Shown here one piece after another: positions 12,760 to 25,224 of a stretch of DNA of 64,000 nt. Position 1 is the stretch's first letter. Each line of letters begins with the position of its first letter. The stretch spans positions 63,118,001-63,182,000 of the forward strand of contig CM059438.1 in assembly GCA_030390025.1 (NCBI GenBank), read 5' to 3'. Position numbers and translations under genes: made by a program. Source of the DNA: Squalus acanthias. Taxonomy: Eukaryota. The notes under the pieces were generated by a model. It searched no databases. It was not told the origin of the DNA and saw only the letters and a list, made by a program, of their open reading frames with translations.

Positions 12760-13100
12760 ATCATAGAATCATACAGCACAGAAGGAGGCCATTCGGCCCA
12801 TCGTGCCTGTGTCGGCTATTTGAAAGAACTATCCCAATTAGTCCCACTCCCCTGCTCTTTCCCCATAGCTCTGAAAATGTTTCCTTTTCAAGTATTTATC
12901 CAATTCCCTTTTGAAAGTTACTATTGAATCAGCTTCCACCACCTTTCCAGGCAGTGCATTCCAGATCGTAACAACTCGCTGCGTAAAAGAATTCTCATCT
13001 CCCCCTGGTTTTTTTGGCCAATCACCTTAAATCTGTGTCCTCTGGTTACTGGCCCTCCTGGCAGTGGAAACAGTTTATCCCTATGTACTCTGTCATAACC
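12760..13100 (-). mobile_element. CR1 LINE 3' fragment
   Basis: RGYDRVHRDKLFPL...TRGHRFKV remnant plus CR1 tail. Confidence 0.8.
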
Positions 13101-13852
13101 CCTCACCTGGGATAACCGGTATCCCTCTGGCATCTGGGTACTCTTCAGCCAGTCCTAGTAACCTCCGCTGTACTGGCTGCCAGTGTGGTGTTCAGCACAG
13201 ACGTTAGAAGAATGTTAAAGGTGCAAATGGAGTAAATCGGTAAAGCCGCATGTGAGAGAGGCGTACAGAGTTGGTGAGAGAGAGAGGAAACAGAAGAGAC
13301 TTCCATAAAGAGGCAGACAGACTAATAAAAAGCTTGGGTCCGAGATACAGAGAACAATAACCAAGTGCGCAAGAACCATCCAGACCCACAAAGACAATCA
13401 CAGAAGCAGACAAAAGGAATTCGAAAGTGGGCCGAAAGCACAGACACAGTTACAGCAGTAGAGTGACGCATGTTCTTCTTATTGTTGTTCGTGAGCAATG
13501 CCATGAGAGATCAACTAGTAGTTTATTTTATTTTTAAAAACTAGTTCTTGAAGTCAAGGCTATTACAGAACGGCAGCTATAAGAAGTTAACGTTTAATTC
13601 ATAAACATAATCTCTCTGTTTAGTCTTGACAAAGCCATTACTAAAGAAAAAAATGGCCCAGCAATGGATGGTTCATTAAGTTTGAGCTTATGAAATTGGC
13701 TTGAAATAGACGTGTAAATTAACTATGAAGAGGCTGATTTTCACCAAGTGAGAAACTTGCCGAAACTGTACTGCAGAACTGATGTGCTTTATACTTAGAA
13801 ACAAATCCTTAGTTTAAAAGCATGTGTACGATGTCTATCTGAGCTATAATGG

Positions 13853-14077
13853 TGTCATAAATCGCAACTTCTAAAAGTAACTCGGGAAGTACTACTGGGC
13901 AGCCAGCTGGGGCGCCGTCCGGGGAGTATAAATACTCGGGCGTGGGCCCACCTTGGGCAGAGACAATCTGGAAACAGGAAGCTAGTGACTGCTAACTAGA
14001 CCGCCATGTTTTGTTACAAGTCGATTAAAGCCTTGCTTTATGTCCAACCAAGTGCGTAGTGAGTCTTTATTACGTCA
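13853..14077 (+). mobile_element. Solo LTR, diverged subfamily (225 bp)
   Basis: TG...CA termini, TSD aatgg/aatgg; shares the gagtataaatactcgggc core, aactag, gattaaagc and ttacgtca end with the 229-bp LTRs. Confidence 0.8.
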
Positions 14078-15352
14078 AATGGCAAATTAAAATGAGTACA
14101 ATATAAAAGCCATTATGTTTCACCAGCACTAGGACTCCTGAAATATTAAATTAAAGGATAGCATTGAAGAATATCATGCATATTACAGGCACTTTGACAA
14201 AATGGCCTTCTGTATTTCAAACTTTCAAATCACACAGTAACTTTTTAACTCATTCCCAACTAAAGACACCGATTTGTATCGTTCTCATTGCAATTCCTGG
14301 TCCCAGGAAGCCACCAAATGGTGACATTGCTGTCCCTGCCAAATAGATGTGGTCTTGATGCCATCTGTATTGCAGTATGGAGTGCTCGAGTTAAGAGATA
14401 CTCAGTCGTTTTATTGTTTCGATATTTTTAGATTCAGATAGCACAGTTGGTACATTCCAACCTGTGTACTCCTCTCCCCCGCCCCCGGGGAATGGTGAAG
14501 ACGGTGCAATGCCATTAGAGTTGCATATTGCACTGTGTTGTTTTGTGTCTGCACAGAATGGAAAGGATAACTCAAATAGCATCTGAATCTTGCCATTTAA
14601 AAAATATATATATTTATATAATCTTTTCATACAATTATTATTGGCAGTGATTTAATCAAAGCTAAATTGCAGCAATATATTAATTTATCTGCCAGTCACA
14701 TTAATAAGACCTCCGTCTAATTACGGGGAATAATTTGACTCGGCAAATGCTAAGGTGCATCTTAAAGTGATTTTCAGGACTATGCACTGCCTTGACCATA
14801 TTCTGTTACAGGATGTGAGGAAATGTTGGAGATTTTTTTTGGTTTGTTTTAAGTTTCTTGCCCTCTTTGTCTCCACACTGCTCTTCTTCAGCCAAGAGTT
14901 GGGGGGGGCGGGGGTGGGGGGGATTGGTTTGGAAATGTGATGTTTGTGTCCCAGTGCTGCACTGTGTACGTTATCGGAAGGTGACCTATTCAGGGTGAAG
15001 GAAGTGATTGTCTTGTTTTGCTTTATACTTCTTGTGTGTATATTTAGTTAACAGACATCTACCACCACCTAGTAACCAAGGAAGGTAAGGCACTCGCAGC
15101 AATGAAAAAAACACTCAAACACACTGCTTTACGTCTGACCATTTTACCAAAAAACGCACACAAACGTGCAAATATGAGTACTAAGATGACTTGCTGGACA
15201 ATGGCGTCTGTTTACTCATTCTTTTTATTTACTGAGATGCTGTTGTATATGTTTTTTGGTACTAGTGAGGAGCTGGTGAGTATCAGCACTTTAGTCTGTC
15301 TATAGGTGAGTTGATGTAAACAACCCTTCCAATTGCCTACCTTCTCCTCCAG

Positions 15353-15543
15353 GTCATGAAGATGATGGGGTTGAACAATGCTGTCCACTGGGTGGCCTGG
15401 TTCATCACAGGCTTTGTGCAGCTCTCGATCTCTGTAACTGCACTGACTGGTATCCTGAAGTATGGCAAAGTCCTGATGCACAGTGATCCCTTTATAATCT
15501 GGCTGTTCCTTACAATCTATGCCATAGCTACCATCATGTTCTG
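15353..15543 (+). CDS. ABCA2: ABCA2 exon w5 (TMD1): [21 protein letters not shown]...YAIATIMF
   Basis: Acceptor ctcctccag, donor tg|gtgagt; 191 nt, phase 0 to 2. Confidence 0.95.
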
Positions 15544-15803
15544 GTGAGTTAAATTGCTGTACATTCAACAAAGCTAAAGAATTGCTCTATATCTCGTCCA
15601 AAAACATGGAACTGACGGCACTCACCCTTCTCCCCCGAATCTCCCAAGGGTGGTGATTTCCTTTTGTCCATTGTAAATATCTCATCTTGGTCAGAATTTC
15701 ATAAATGCACCAACTGGCATATGAATTCATGATGAAAAGCATTCTTCTCAAATTTAGCACTACAGACCATGTCAGGTCTTCAACTAATTACATGAGTCAG
15801 GCC

Positions 15804-15840
15804 AGTTCTGACGAAGGGTCATCGACCTGAAACGTTAACT
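15804..15840 (+). ncRNA. Minimal type I hammerhead ribozyme motif in a Penelope-like fragment (element about 15800-15900)
   Basis: AGTT-CTGACGA-[AGGGTCATCGACCT stem II]-GAAA-CG-TT-AACT: core intact, 4-bp stem I, palindromic AACGTT in place of stem III. Confidence 0.7.
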
Positions 15841-15944
15841 CTGTTTCTCTCTCCACGATACTGCCTGACCTGCTGAGTGTTTCCAGCATTTCCTGTTGTT
15901 ATTGCTATTGTAATTACATTAGTCTATCATTTCTATCAGCCAAT

Positions 15945-16350
15945 CATAGGAACAGGAGGAGGCCATTCAGCCCCTGAGCCTGCTCTGCCATTCAATGAGA
16001 TCATGGCTGATCTATACTTCAACTCCACTTTTGCACCTTTGCTCCATATCCCTTGATAGCCTCACCTAACAAAAATGTATCTATCTCGGGCTTGAAAGCT
16101 CCAATTGTCCTAGCATCCACAGCCTATTGGGGAGAGAGTTTCAAATTTCTACTACCTTTTGTGAGAAAAAGAGCATTCAGATTTTCCTTCTGAATGGCCG
16201 AGCTCTAATTTTTAAATTATGTCAGCTTGATCTTGATTTTCTCCACCAGAGGAAATAGTTTCTCCGTATCTAACCCTATCAAATCCTTTCAACATTTTAA
16301 ACCTCGATCAGATCACCCATCACTCTCCTATACTCCAGGGAATATAAGCC
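15945..16350 (-). mobile_element. CR1 LINE 3' fragment, degraded
   Basis: Tail and coding remnant homologous to the other CR1 copies. Confidence 0.75.
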
Positions 16351-17108
16351 AAACAAACAGTGTGTCTGTTTTGATGGTCAGGAGATGTCATCAATTGCTA
16401 GGATATTTCTATGGGAGTATTATACGGCAACAAAATATTACATTAAAATAAGTGATGATGAATTATTGAAGAAGTCAGTGGTGATGATAACAGAACTTGA
16501 TTTGAGTAGATGGTGGATTGACCTTTTGCCTTCCTGCTGTCCTGATAAATCTCAATTGGAAGATCTTGCCTCAGTTAATTGTACCTCATTCTGATCCCTG
16601 AGTTCTCTTCTTGCTAATTGAATTATTTTCTTCCTTCCCCCTACAACCCCCACTCCCTTTCTTTCTCCTCTGACACGCTATGATGATACGGCTGAGTTGG
16701 GGAAATCACCATGTGGGGATTTGTGGCCATGTATCAAAGACTTACCGTTGTGGGGAACGACCTGTTGGTGCTTCAGTGCATTACAATTACTCCCATCCTT
16801 CTCATGTAGCGGGCAAACTGTGTTAGCACCCAACACGCCAGATAAAAGTGGTGGGGACTGTATCTACTGTTCTCCGCCCCCCCCCCCACTTCTGACTGAG
16901 TTCAGCTAACTCGACACAGACCAGAGACTGAATCAGGGACATGTTAGCCATTTTCACTTAGTAGTACCACACTGGGCAGTACATTTACCCATGCTGCACA
17001 GCTTCTGAGTAGCACACTGGAACAAGTTGCATCATCTTTTTCTGAGATATAATGGAAAGCTGGTCTCATTACTTTTGTCGAACTGACTTCTTCCTTGAAC
17101 TCTTGCAG

Positions 17109-17259
17109 TTTCCTGATCTCTGTGGTCTACTCCAAGGCGAAGCTGGCCTCGGCGTGCGGTGGGATCATTTATTTCCTCAGCTATGTTCCGTACATGTACG
17201 TGGCTATCCGCGAGGAAGTAGCTCATGATAGGATCACAGCATTCGAGAAGTGCATTGCG
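17109..17259 (+). CDS. ABCA2: ABCA2 exon w6: (C)[50 protein letters not shown]
   Basis: Acceptor tcttgcag, donor gcg|gtatga; 151 nt, phase 2 to 0. Confidence 0.95.
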
Positions 17260-19168
17260 GTATGATATTTTTAAAAAAAAATAGTGTGGCCAGTTATTTT
17301 TCTTAACATTGTGCTGAATGAGTTGTACAAGAATAAAATGTATTCAAACGCTGAGTTTCACTCAGTGAGTTAAATCTTTAACCCACCAAAATCTCCTCAG
17401 TAATCCAATGCCCTCTTTCCACAAATGCAGGTTGAGGCCTGGTAATTGTGGAAATTTATTATGGGTACTATATTTCAAATGTTGGAAGCCCAGTACACTG
17501 CCTGTTAGTCTTTTTACCCCATGGAGATTTATTCTTGCAGTAAAGGTTCATGAAAGGCAGTAAGGATTAGAGCATTATCCTTTAGGTTTGCTCAGACTGA
17601 TGGGATGTCAATGGCCCCTCAGCTGGTGTGTTGATCCAGCACGAGGATTTGGGGCCTTCTAAATTAGATCCTAATTGGTGCAGGTCAAAATTCATAAGGG
17701 TGCATAATTCAGCACTTAATTAACTATTGCACTTAAGGCAGCCACAATGATGACCTGGAAAATGGATCTATCTCACTGGTGTAGGCATGTTGGTTCTTTA
17801 AAGGGAAATCTTACACTGAATCCATGACCTGAGAGGTTTTTTTCAGTGCCTACTACCAGGTGCAAAAAGGCCCATTCTCTAGTTATAATATCCTCTTACA
17901 TTAATGATCATCAAAGCCATAGAAAACCCTCAACCCAGAGTGCATACTGAACACCTGCCAGTAGTGAAACGTAACTGGCTCCTGGGAGGTGTGTGAGGGC
18001 AGCTGGAGTGACTGTGCTTCCAATTTCTGTTGGGAAATGTCTGGCTTCTCCCATATAGGAATTGCTCAGACAGGTACAACTCTGTGACTGAATGAAAGAC
18101 CAGATGCAATTCGTCATCTATAGATAACAACATGGTTGTCTCCTACTCAATAAATGCAAAAACTATTCCCAGTATTTCTCTGTCAAGGTTAAAAAAAAAA
18201 AATCAACAGAATCAAATGGAGTTTTCTGAGGGAAGTGTTGAAGATGTGATATTCAGGAAAGCATTTATTAAGAGGATAAAGTTACCATACTTTGACGGGA
18301 CTGTGGGCATTATTACTAACAATGACGCAACATCAACATTGAACTAGTAGACTTAGGCAGGGCTTTCAAATCATGGCATAATGAAGTTATAAAAACTTTG
18401 CATGTGATTGATATGGCAGCATTAGATCTTATGATGTGCTCCAAACTGAATTCAGACTTAATGGTACTAACATTTTCCATTGACTACAGATTAGATCCTT
18501 CCTACTCTAATAAGCTCCTCACGATACTGGAAATATCCTTCTCTTTCCATGGAGACACATCCAAATCTGTTATTTTGATGTGTTCTGAAAATGCAAGCGC
18601 AGTAAAAGGAGCCTAGGGAAGGGACTCTGAGAGGAGGCTAAGTTGAGGTCAACCTTCATATATATCACATCCATTTTCATTTGTACAACTGGATTCCCAA
18701 AGCCCAGCAGAGATTGTGGGGGGGGTTGTCTACTGTAAAAACATGCTGAAGGGAAGTAAAGATGTTACTCCAGTCACTGTGGAGCTGGGTGCAACCCAGG
18801 ACGAGAGGATTCCACAAAGGTGACCCATCTCGATCCAGAATTAGGCAAACTTCTGAGTTAACACCAAACTGCAGACTGACCCCCAAACATACTATAATGC
18901 ACGGTAATCCAACAAGCACGTCGCAGAAAGAGTAAAACAATCCATATTTTAAAACGCCTCAGCAAACATTGCAGCACACTTTCTTAGAAACACCCTTCAC
19001 AACTTGCACAAAATTGTCGGATCATCTACAGATCAATCACAGGTGACTGTGCATACTGTACTTAAATAATGTTTTATATATAGATATATCCACACATCGA
19101 ATACCATAACTGTAAGATATCAGGAACTAAGAAGTATTGAGTACTAATGCTGCTCTTTGTACTTTCAG

Positions 19169-19373
19169 TCCCTCATGTCCACGACTGCATTTGGCCTTGG
19201 TTCTAAGTACTTTGCGCTCTATGAGGTGGCAGGGGTTGGAATTCAATGGCACACCTTCAATCAGTCGCCAGTAGAAGGAGATGACTTCAACCTGCTCCTC
19301 TCCATGGTCATGCTGATCGTTGATGCCACTGTCTATGGAGTACTAACATGGTACATCGAGGCTGTCCATCCAG
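19169..19373 (+). CDS. ABCA2: ABCA2 exon w7: [27 protein letters not shown]...WYIEAVHP
   Basis: Acceptor actttcag, donor g|gtacta; 205 nt, phase 0 to 1. Confidence 0.95.
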
Positions 19374-19764
19374 GTACTACTGCCTCATTCACTTAACTTG
19401 TATTTGTGCAATCCTTAGTTATAAATGTCTGCATTCATTTTATCTATGTTGGTTCATTCTGTCTTCCTATGCATGTGTTCACACTCTGCCTTCCAGTCAC
19501 TGTCTATCTAGATTAATTTCCTCTGTCTGTCTGTTTGTCTTGATCATTACATCCATCCATTAACAAGCTACAACACTTGAGAACAACTGGGATAAGAACA
19601 GGTTCCACTTAAGAGCAAGATTGATCCATGGGATTTTATTTCCGCTTCTATTTTAGTAATACAGTGCTTCATTTTTGTTAAGTACATACTGTTTCTCTCA
19701 TGATCCAGTTCTGTTTTCAGCTCGGTTGCTGCCCGATAACTTAATGTATCCTCCTGTCATAAGA

Positions 19765-20605
19765 GCATAAGAAATAGGAGCAGGAGTAGGCCATTCGGCC
19801 CCTCGAGCCTGCTCAGCCATTCAATAAAATCATGGCTGATCTTCTACCTCAACTCCACCTTCCTGCACTATCTCCATATCCCTTGATTCCCTTAATATCC
19901 AAAAATGTATTGATCTCTGCCTTGAATATACTCAACAACTGAGCATCCACAGCCCTCTGGAGACGAGAATGCCAAAGATTCACTACCCTCTGAGTGAAGA
20001 AATTTCTCCTCATCACAGTCCTAAATGGCCGACCCCTTATTCTGAGACTGTGATCCCTAGTTCTAGACTTTCCAGCCAGGGAAAATAGCCTCTCGGCATC
20101 TATCCTGTCAAGCCCTCTCAGAATCTTATGTTTCAATGAGATCACCTCTCATTCTTCTAAACTCCAGGGAGTATAGGCCTATTCTACTGAATCTATCCTC
20201 CTAGGACAAACCTCTCATTCCAGGAATGAATCGAGTGAACCTTCGTTGCACTGCCTCTAAGGCAAGTATATCCTTCCTTAGGTACGGAGACCAAAACTGT
20301 GCACAGCACTTCAGATGTGGTCTCACCAAAGCCCTGTACAATTGCAGCAAGACTTTCTTGCTCTTGTACTCCAACCCCCTTGCAATAAAGGCCAACATAC
20401 CATTTGCCGTTCTAATTGCTTGCTTTACTTGAATGTTAACTTTGTGTGTTTCATGTACAAGGACACCCAGGTCCCTCTGAACACCAACATTTAATAGTTT
20501 GTCACCATTTTAAAAATACTCTGTTTTCCTACCAAAGTGAATAACCTCTCATTTCCTTACATTATACTCCGTCAGCCACCTTCTTGCCCACTCACGTAAC
20601 CTGTA
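19765..20605 (-). mobile_element. CR1 LINE 3' fragment
   Basis: ORFs 20201-20398 and 19849-20145 (LYRALVRPHL, NFFTQRVVNLW). Confidence 0.9.
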
Positions 20606-20739
20606 CTTATCTAGCTTCCCCTTAAATGCATCTATGCTATTCGCCTCAACTACTCCCTGTGGTAGCATGTTTCCACATTCTTAACAACTCTCTGGGTAAA
20701 GAAGTTTCTCCTGAATTCTTTATTGGATTTATTAGTGAC

Positions 20740-20959
20740 TGACATGAATCTTGTCATTCATGTGGAAATGACTTATGAAATAATACTGGGCGGCCTGCTG
20801 GTGGCGCTGTCCAGGGAGAGTATAAATACTCGGGCATGGGCCCAGCTTGCTCAGGACATTCTTTAACAGGAACCAGTGAAGGACACAACTAGTTGAAAAA
20901 CAGTTGATTAAAGCCTTGTTTAATACTCAGACCAAGTGCCTAGTAGTTTTCTTACTTCA
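20740..20959 (+). mobile_element. Solo LTR, copy 2 (220 bp), inserted in a CR1 remnant
   Basis: TG...CA termini, TSD gtgac/gtgac; 9-bp deletion relative to copy 1. Confidence 0.88.
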
Positions 20960-20974
20960 GTGACTATGTTATAT

Positions 20975-22210
20975 TTAAATTTGCAGACAACACCAAATTG
21001 AGGGGGTTAGTTAATACAGAGGAGGACTGCAACAAAATACAGGAAGACATTAATAAACTTGCAGAATGGGCGTGTATTGCCAAATGAACTTCAATATAGA
21101 TAAGTGTGAGGTATTACATTTTGGTAAGAAAAATAGGGAGGTCACATATTACAGGAAACTCTTTGGTATCCGGCACCTACGGGACCGGGATGGTGCCGGT
21201 TGATTAAAAATTCCGGATAACGGGGAGGGTTATCTACCGAGGCTATTTTTAACAAACAAAGAGTCAGACTCCTGTTATTGAGGTGTTCGGACTTCCGACA
21301 GCGCCAAGAAGCCGAGTAGTGGCAGTTTGGAGAACTGCCCCCACTGACTAACTCGGCCACCGCGGGAGACTCGGACTCGGCAACATTTCCGGTTATTGAG
21401 GTGTTTTCGGAGTATGAATTTTGCCGGTTAGTAGAGAATTCCGGATATTTAGGTGCCGTTTAAACGAGAGTTTCCTGTACTTGGAAAATAAGAATCTAAA
21501 TGGGGTAGAGGAGCAAAGGGATCTGGGAGTACAAATACACAAATCACTAAAAGTTGCGACGCAGGTCAGTAAAGCTGTAACAAGCAAACAAAGCACTAGG
21601 GCTTATTTCTAGAGGGATAGAATTGAAAAGTAGAAAAGTTACGCTAAACTTGTATAGAACCTTGGTTAGACCGCATTGGAATACTGTGAACAGTTCCGGT
21701 CTCCATATTATAAACAGGATATAGAGGCACTGGAGAAGGTGCAAAAAAGATTTACTAGAATGATACCAGAACCTGAGAGGTTATACCTATCAGGAAAGAT
21801 TGAACAGGTTGGGATTCTTTTCTCAGAAGACTGAGGGGTGACCTGATAGATGTTTTTAAGATTATGAAAGGCTTTGATGGGGTAGAGGTAGAAAAGATGT
21901 TTCCACTTGTGGGGGAGACCAGAACTAGGGGCCATAACTAGTCACTAATAAATCTAATAGGGAATTAAGAAGAAACATCTTTAGCCAGAGAGTGGCTAGA
22001 ATGTGAAACTCGCTACCACAGGGAGTCGTTGAGGTGAATAGCATAGATGCATTTAAGGGGAAGCTAGATAAACACATGAGAGAGAGAAAGGAAAAGAAGG
22101 ATATATTGATGGGGTTAGATGAAGAAGGGTGGGAGGAGGTTCATGTGGAGCATAAACCCCGGCATGGACCCGTTGAGCTGAACGGCCTGTTTCTGTGCTG
22201 TAAATACAAT
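20975..22210 (+). mobile_element. CR1 LINE fragment interrupted by a MITE
   Basis: Degraded KFAD(N)TKL...GVEEQRDLGVQIHKSLKV sequence and a CR1 3' end. Confidence 0.85.
21152..21477. mobile_element. Tc1/mariner-pogo type MITE
   Basis: ta|caggaaactc...gagtttcctg|ta; removing it restores the CR1 sequence. Confidence 0.8.
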
Positions 22211-22944
22211 GTAATTTATGACCCCTAGTTTTGAACTCCCCACAAGCGGAAACATCTTCTCTTATGTCTACCCCATCAAATCCCTTCATAATTTGAAAGA
22301 CCTCTGTTAGGTCATCCCTGAGAGGAAAGAGCCCCAGCCTGTTCAGCCTTTCCTGATGGTTATAACCGCTCAGTATGGTTGTACTGCTTTAGATTAGCTC
22401 TTCTAATGGTGGCAGCCCTGCTTTGCACTTTGCTGTAATTGAAGAGTTTCACCCGCCCCCTTTACCTTCCTGTATTTGGGTCGTTTGTAAGGAATGCCAG
22501 GAAACTGTGCAAAGCGCCGTCACAGAGCAACACTTCAGCAGCTTTTTTAAATTTCTGTGCGGTGGGTGATCTTATTTCTCACACTGCTGCACTTCCCCTG
22601 CCTGTCTGTCAAGACACATTTTAATAGATGCTCCTGAGATATGACTGCAAGCTGCAAAGAAATTTGCAAGTGAATACCTGGGAATCGACTTGAAACTCCG
22701 AGCACTCAAGTACGGCCGACAAACAGCTGGTGCTTCGCTCCTGCACTTTGTCAGCCCAGCACCTCGACTGAAGGTCTGATGTGCGAAGTGCTCCCATCCG
22801 CGCAGTGTCCTCTCAGACACTCCTCAGTGTCTGATGGTATCGAGTAATTATTTCCAGCGCTGTTGAAGGATCTGAAAATGGCAATGATGACCATTTAATG
22901 AATGCAACGAGCATCTTTTCCTTTCTAGCCGCAAGTCCAGACCA

Positions 22945-23335
22945 TCCCAGTCCAGAGACTTGCGCACATAATCTAGGCTGACAGTTCAGTGTGGTACTTG
23001 AGGGAGCGCTGCACCGTCGGAGGTGCTGTCTAAGAGATGAGATGTTAAATCGAGGTCCAGTCTGCTCTCTCGGGTTGACGTAAAAGATCCCATGGCACTA
23101 TTCGAAGAAGAGCAGGGTCCTGGGCAATATTTATGACTCAGTCAACATCACGAAAACAAATTATCTGGTCACTATCTCATTGCTGTTTGTGAGACTTTGC
23201 TGTGCGCAAATTGGCTGCTGCGTTTCCTTCATTACAACAGTGACTACGCTTCAAAAATAATTAATTGGCTGTAAAGTGTTTTGGGACCTTGCGGAGGTCA
23301 TTGAAGGCGCTATATAAATGCAAGCCCTTTCTTTC
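22945..23335 (+). mobile_element. DeuSINE (SacSINE1-like), 5'-truncated
   Basis: aaagatcccatggcactattcgaagaagagcaggg...ggcgctatataaatgcaag, homologous to the 52781 copy. Confidence 0.8.
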
Positions 23336-24067
23336 TATCTATTGCTTTAAAGAAGCGCTAATTGGACGTGAAGGTTTCGATGCTACATTGTCACCAAACC
23401 ATTTTAAGAAGCAGCTTTAGGTTTACGGGAGTCATTTCACAGAATTTTTAAACAAAAATTTTGGAAACGTGATCTTTTGAAAAGCGATGTGATGTTGGGT
23501 AGCCGATGTTCAAGGTTTTCAGCGGAAAATGGATGGAATTGCAGAATTTGATGCTCAAAACGTTGATGATAAATCCTAGTGCCCTGTGAGATAAAAGCAG
23601 AATTTTAATTGTTCAGTATATAGTCGTGGAATGCAATCCCCCGAACACCAGTGGAAATTCTGGAATCCAATGTAATAAAAAGGCATCTAATCTATTCAGT
23701 CACCGTGAAACAGTGACCCTGCCAATAGTGTTTTTTGAAACAGTCAGAAGGAAGATCAAATGGTTTATATTAGTTGCCTGAACTTCGAGATTCTGTTACA
23801 GCCTAGAGATTATTCCGGGATGTTTGCCTTTGTTTTCAATAATGTACATTGCACTTTCTGAGGTATTTTATTATTTTACCCATTATTGTGTTGTCAGTGT
23901 GATGCCAATTATCCAGTACCATGGATTGTTTACAGACTGAGGGAAAGGATGGTAATATTGTTCCTGGAAGTTACCAAGAAATGATTTGTGGTTGGCTATT
24001 ATAGAATTCTATGATGAATACATCATATATAGATTCGTTAGTATTATGGAAGGCAATTTTGTCTCTG

Positions 24068-24890
24068 GTACTACACTCACCTCTGAGTCAGAAAGTTGTG
24101 GGTTCCAGCCCCACTGTGGACTTGAGCACGTATTCTAATGCTGATACTTCAGTGTACTACTGAGGTGCTGCCTTTTGAATTAAACTGAAGTCCTGTCTGC
24201 CTGCTCAGGTGGGTGTAAATGAGGAAATGGGGAATTCCACTGGTGTTCCAGCCAACATTTATCCCTCAACCAACACCACCAAAAGCAGATTAACTGGTCA
24301 TTTATCACGTTTGTGAGACCTTGCTTGTGCGCATGTTGGCCGCTGCATTTACCTAAAGAGCAACAGTACCAAGTCCCGCTCGGCCATCACCCCTGTGCTC
24401 GCTCACCTACATTGGCTCCCGGTTAAGCAGCGCCTCGATTTCAAAATTCTCATCCTTGTTTTCAAATCCCTCCATGGCCTCGCCCCTCCCCATCTCCTGT
24501 AATCTCCTCCAGCCCCACAACCCCCCCCGAGATATCTGCGCTCCGCTAATTCTGCCCTCTTGCGCATCCCTGATTATAATCGCTCAACCTTTGGTGGTCG
24601 TGCCATCTGTTGCCTAGGCCCTAAGCTCTGGAATTCCCTCCTTAAACCTCTTCGCCTCTCTACCTCTCTTTCCTCCTTTAAGACGCTCCTTAAAACCTAC
24701 TTCTTTGACCAACCTGCCCTAATTTATCCTTATGTGGATCGGTGTCAAATTTGTTGTCTTAAACTACTCCTGTGCAGCGCCTTGGGACGTTTTACCACGT
24801 TAAAGGCGCTATATAAATACAAGTTGTTGTTGTAATGCCTTGGCTGTGAAGCGCTTTGGGACATCCTGAGGACAGGAAAGGTGCTATGTT
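24068..24890 (+). mobile_element. Old DeuSINE split by an L2 3' fragment (L2 at about 24369-24833)
   Basis: The SINE body resumes after the L2 (TTG)n tail at ...ggctgtgaagcgctttgggacatcctgagg. Confidence 0.75.
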
Positions 24891-24934
24891 CCTTCTTTCT
24901 TAACATATTAACCTATTTTCTCCTTTATCTCCAG

Positions 24935-25099
24935 GGATGTACGGACTGCCCAGACCATGGTACTTTCCATTCCAGAAATCATATTGGTTGGGCAATGGAC
25001 GAATCGAAACGTGGGAGTGGTCCTGGCCCTGGTCCAGAAGCAGCAGGCTCAGCATCATGGAGGATGACCAGGCTTGTGCGATGGAGAGCAGGAGGCTGG
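24935..25099 (+). CDS. ABCA2: ABCA2 exon w8: (G)MYGLPRPWYFPFQKSYWLG...MEDDQACAMESRRL
   Basis: Acceptor tatctccag, donor g|gtaact; 165 nt, phase 1 to 1. Confidence 0.94.
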
Positions 25100-25224
25100 G
25101 TAACTTACTGGTTCATTTATTTCTATTTGCTAAGATGCTTTGCTGTTGGAAGAGCGTATGTTGTTGTTCTTAGTAGCTTGGGATAGCAGAAAGGATTGGT
25201 GCTTCAAGCAGAAGGCTGTCCAAG

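Noticed and set aside
13200..13480. Strongly purine-skewed segment with AATAAA, possibly another LTR or pseudo-LTR
   Set aside because: No TG...CA ends, TSD or second copy found in the window.
16450..16600. Possible intronic C/D-box snoRNA (GTGATGA ... CTGA)
   Set aside because: No terminal stem and no recognisable rRNA or snRNA guide sequence; such short boxes occur by chance.
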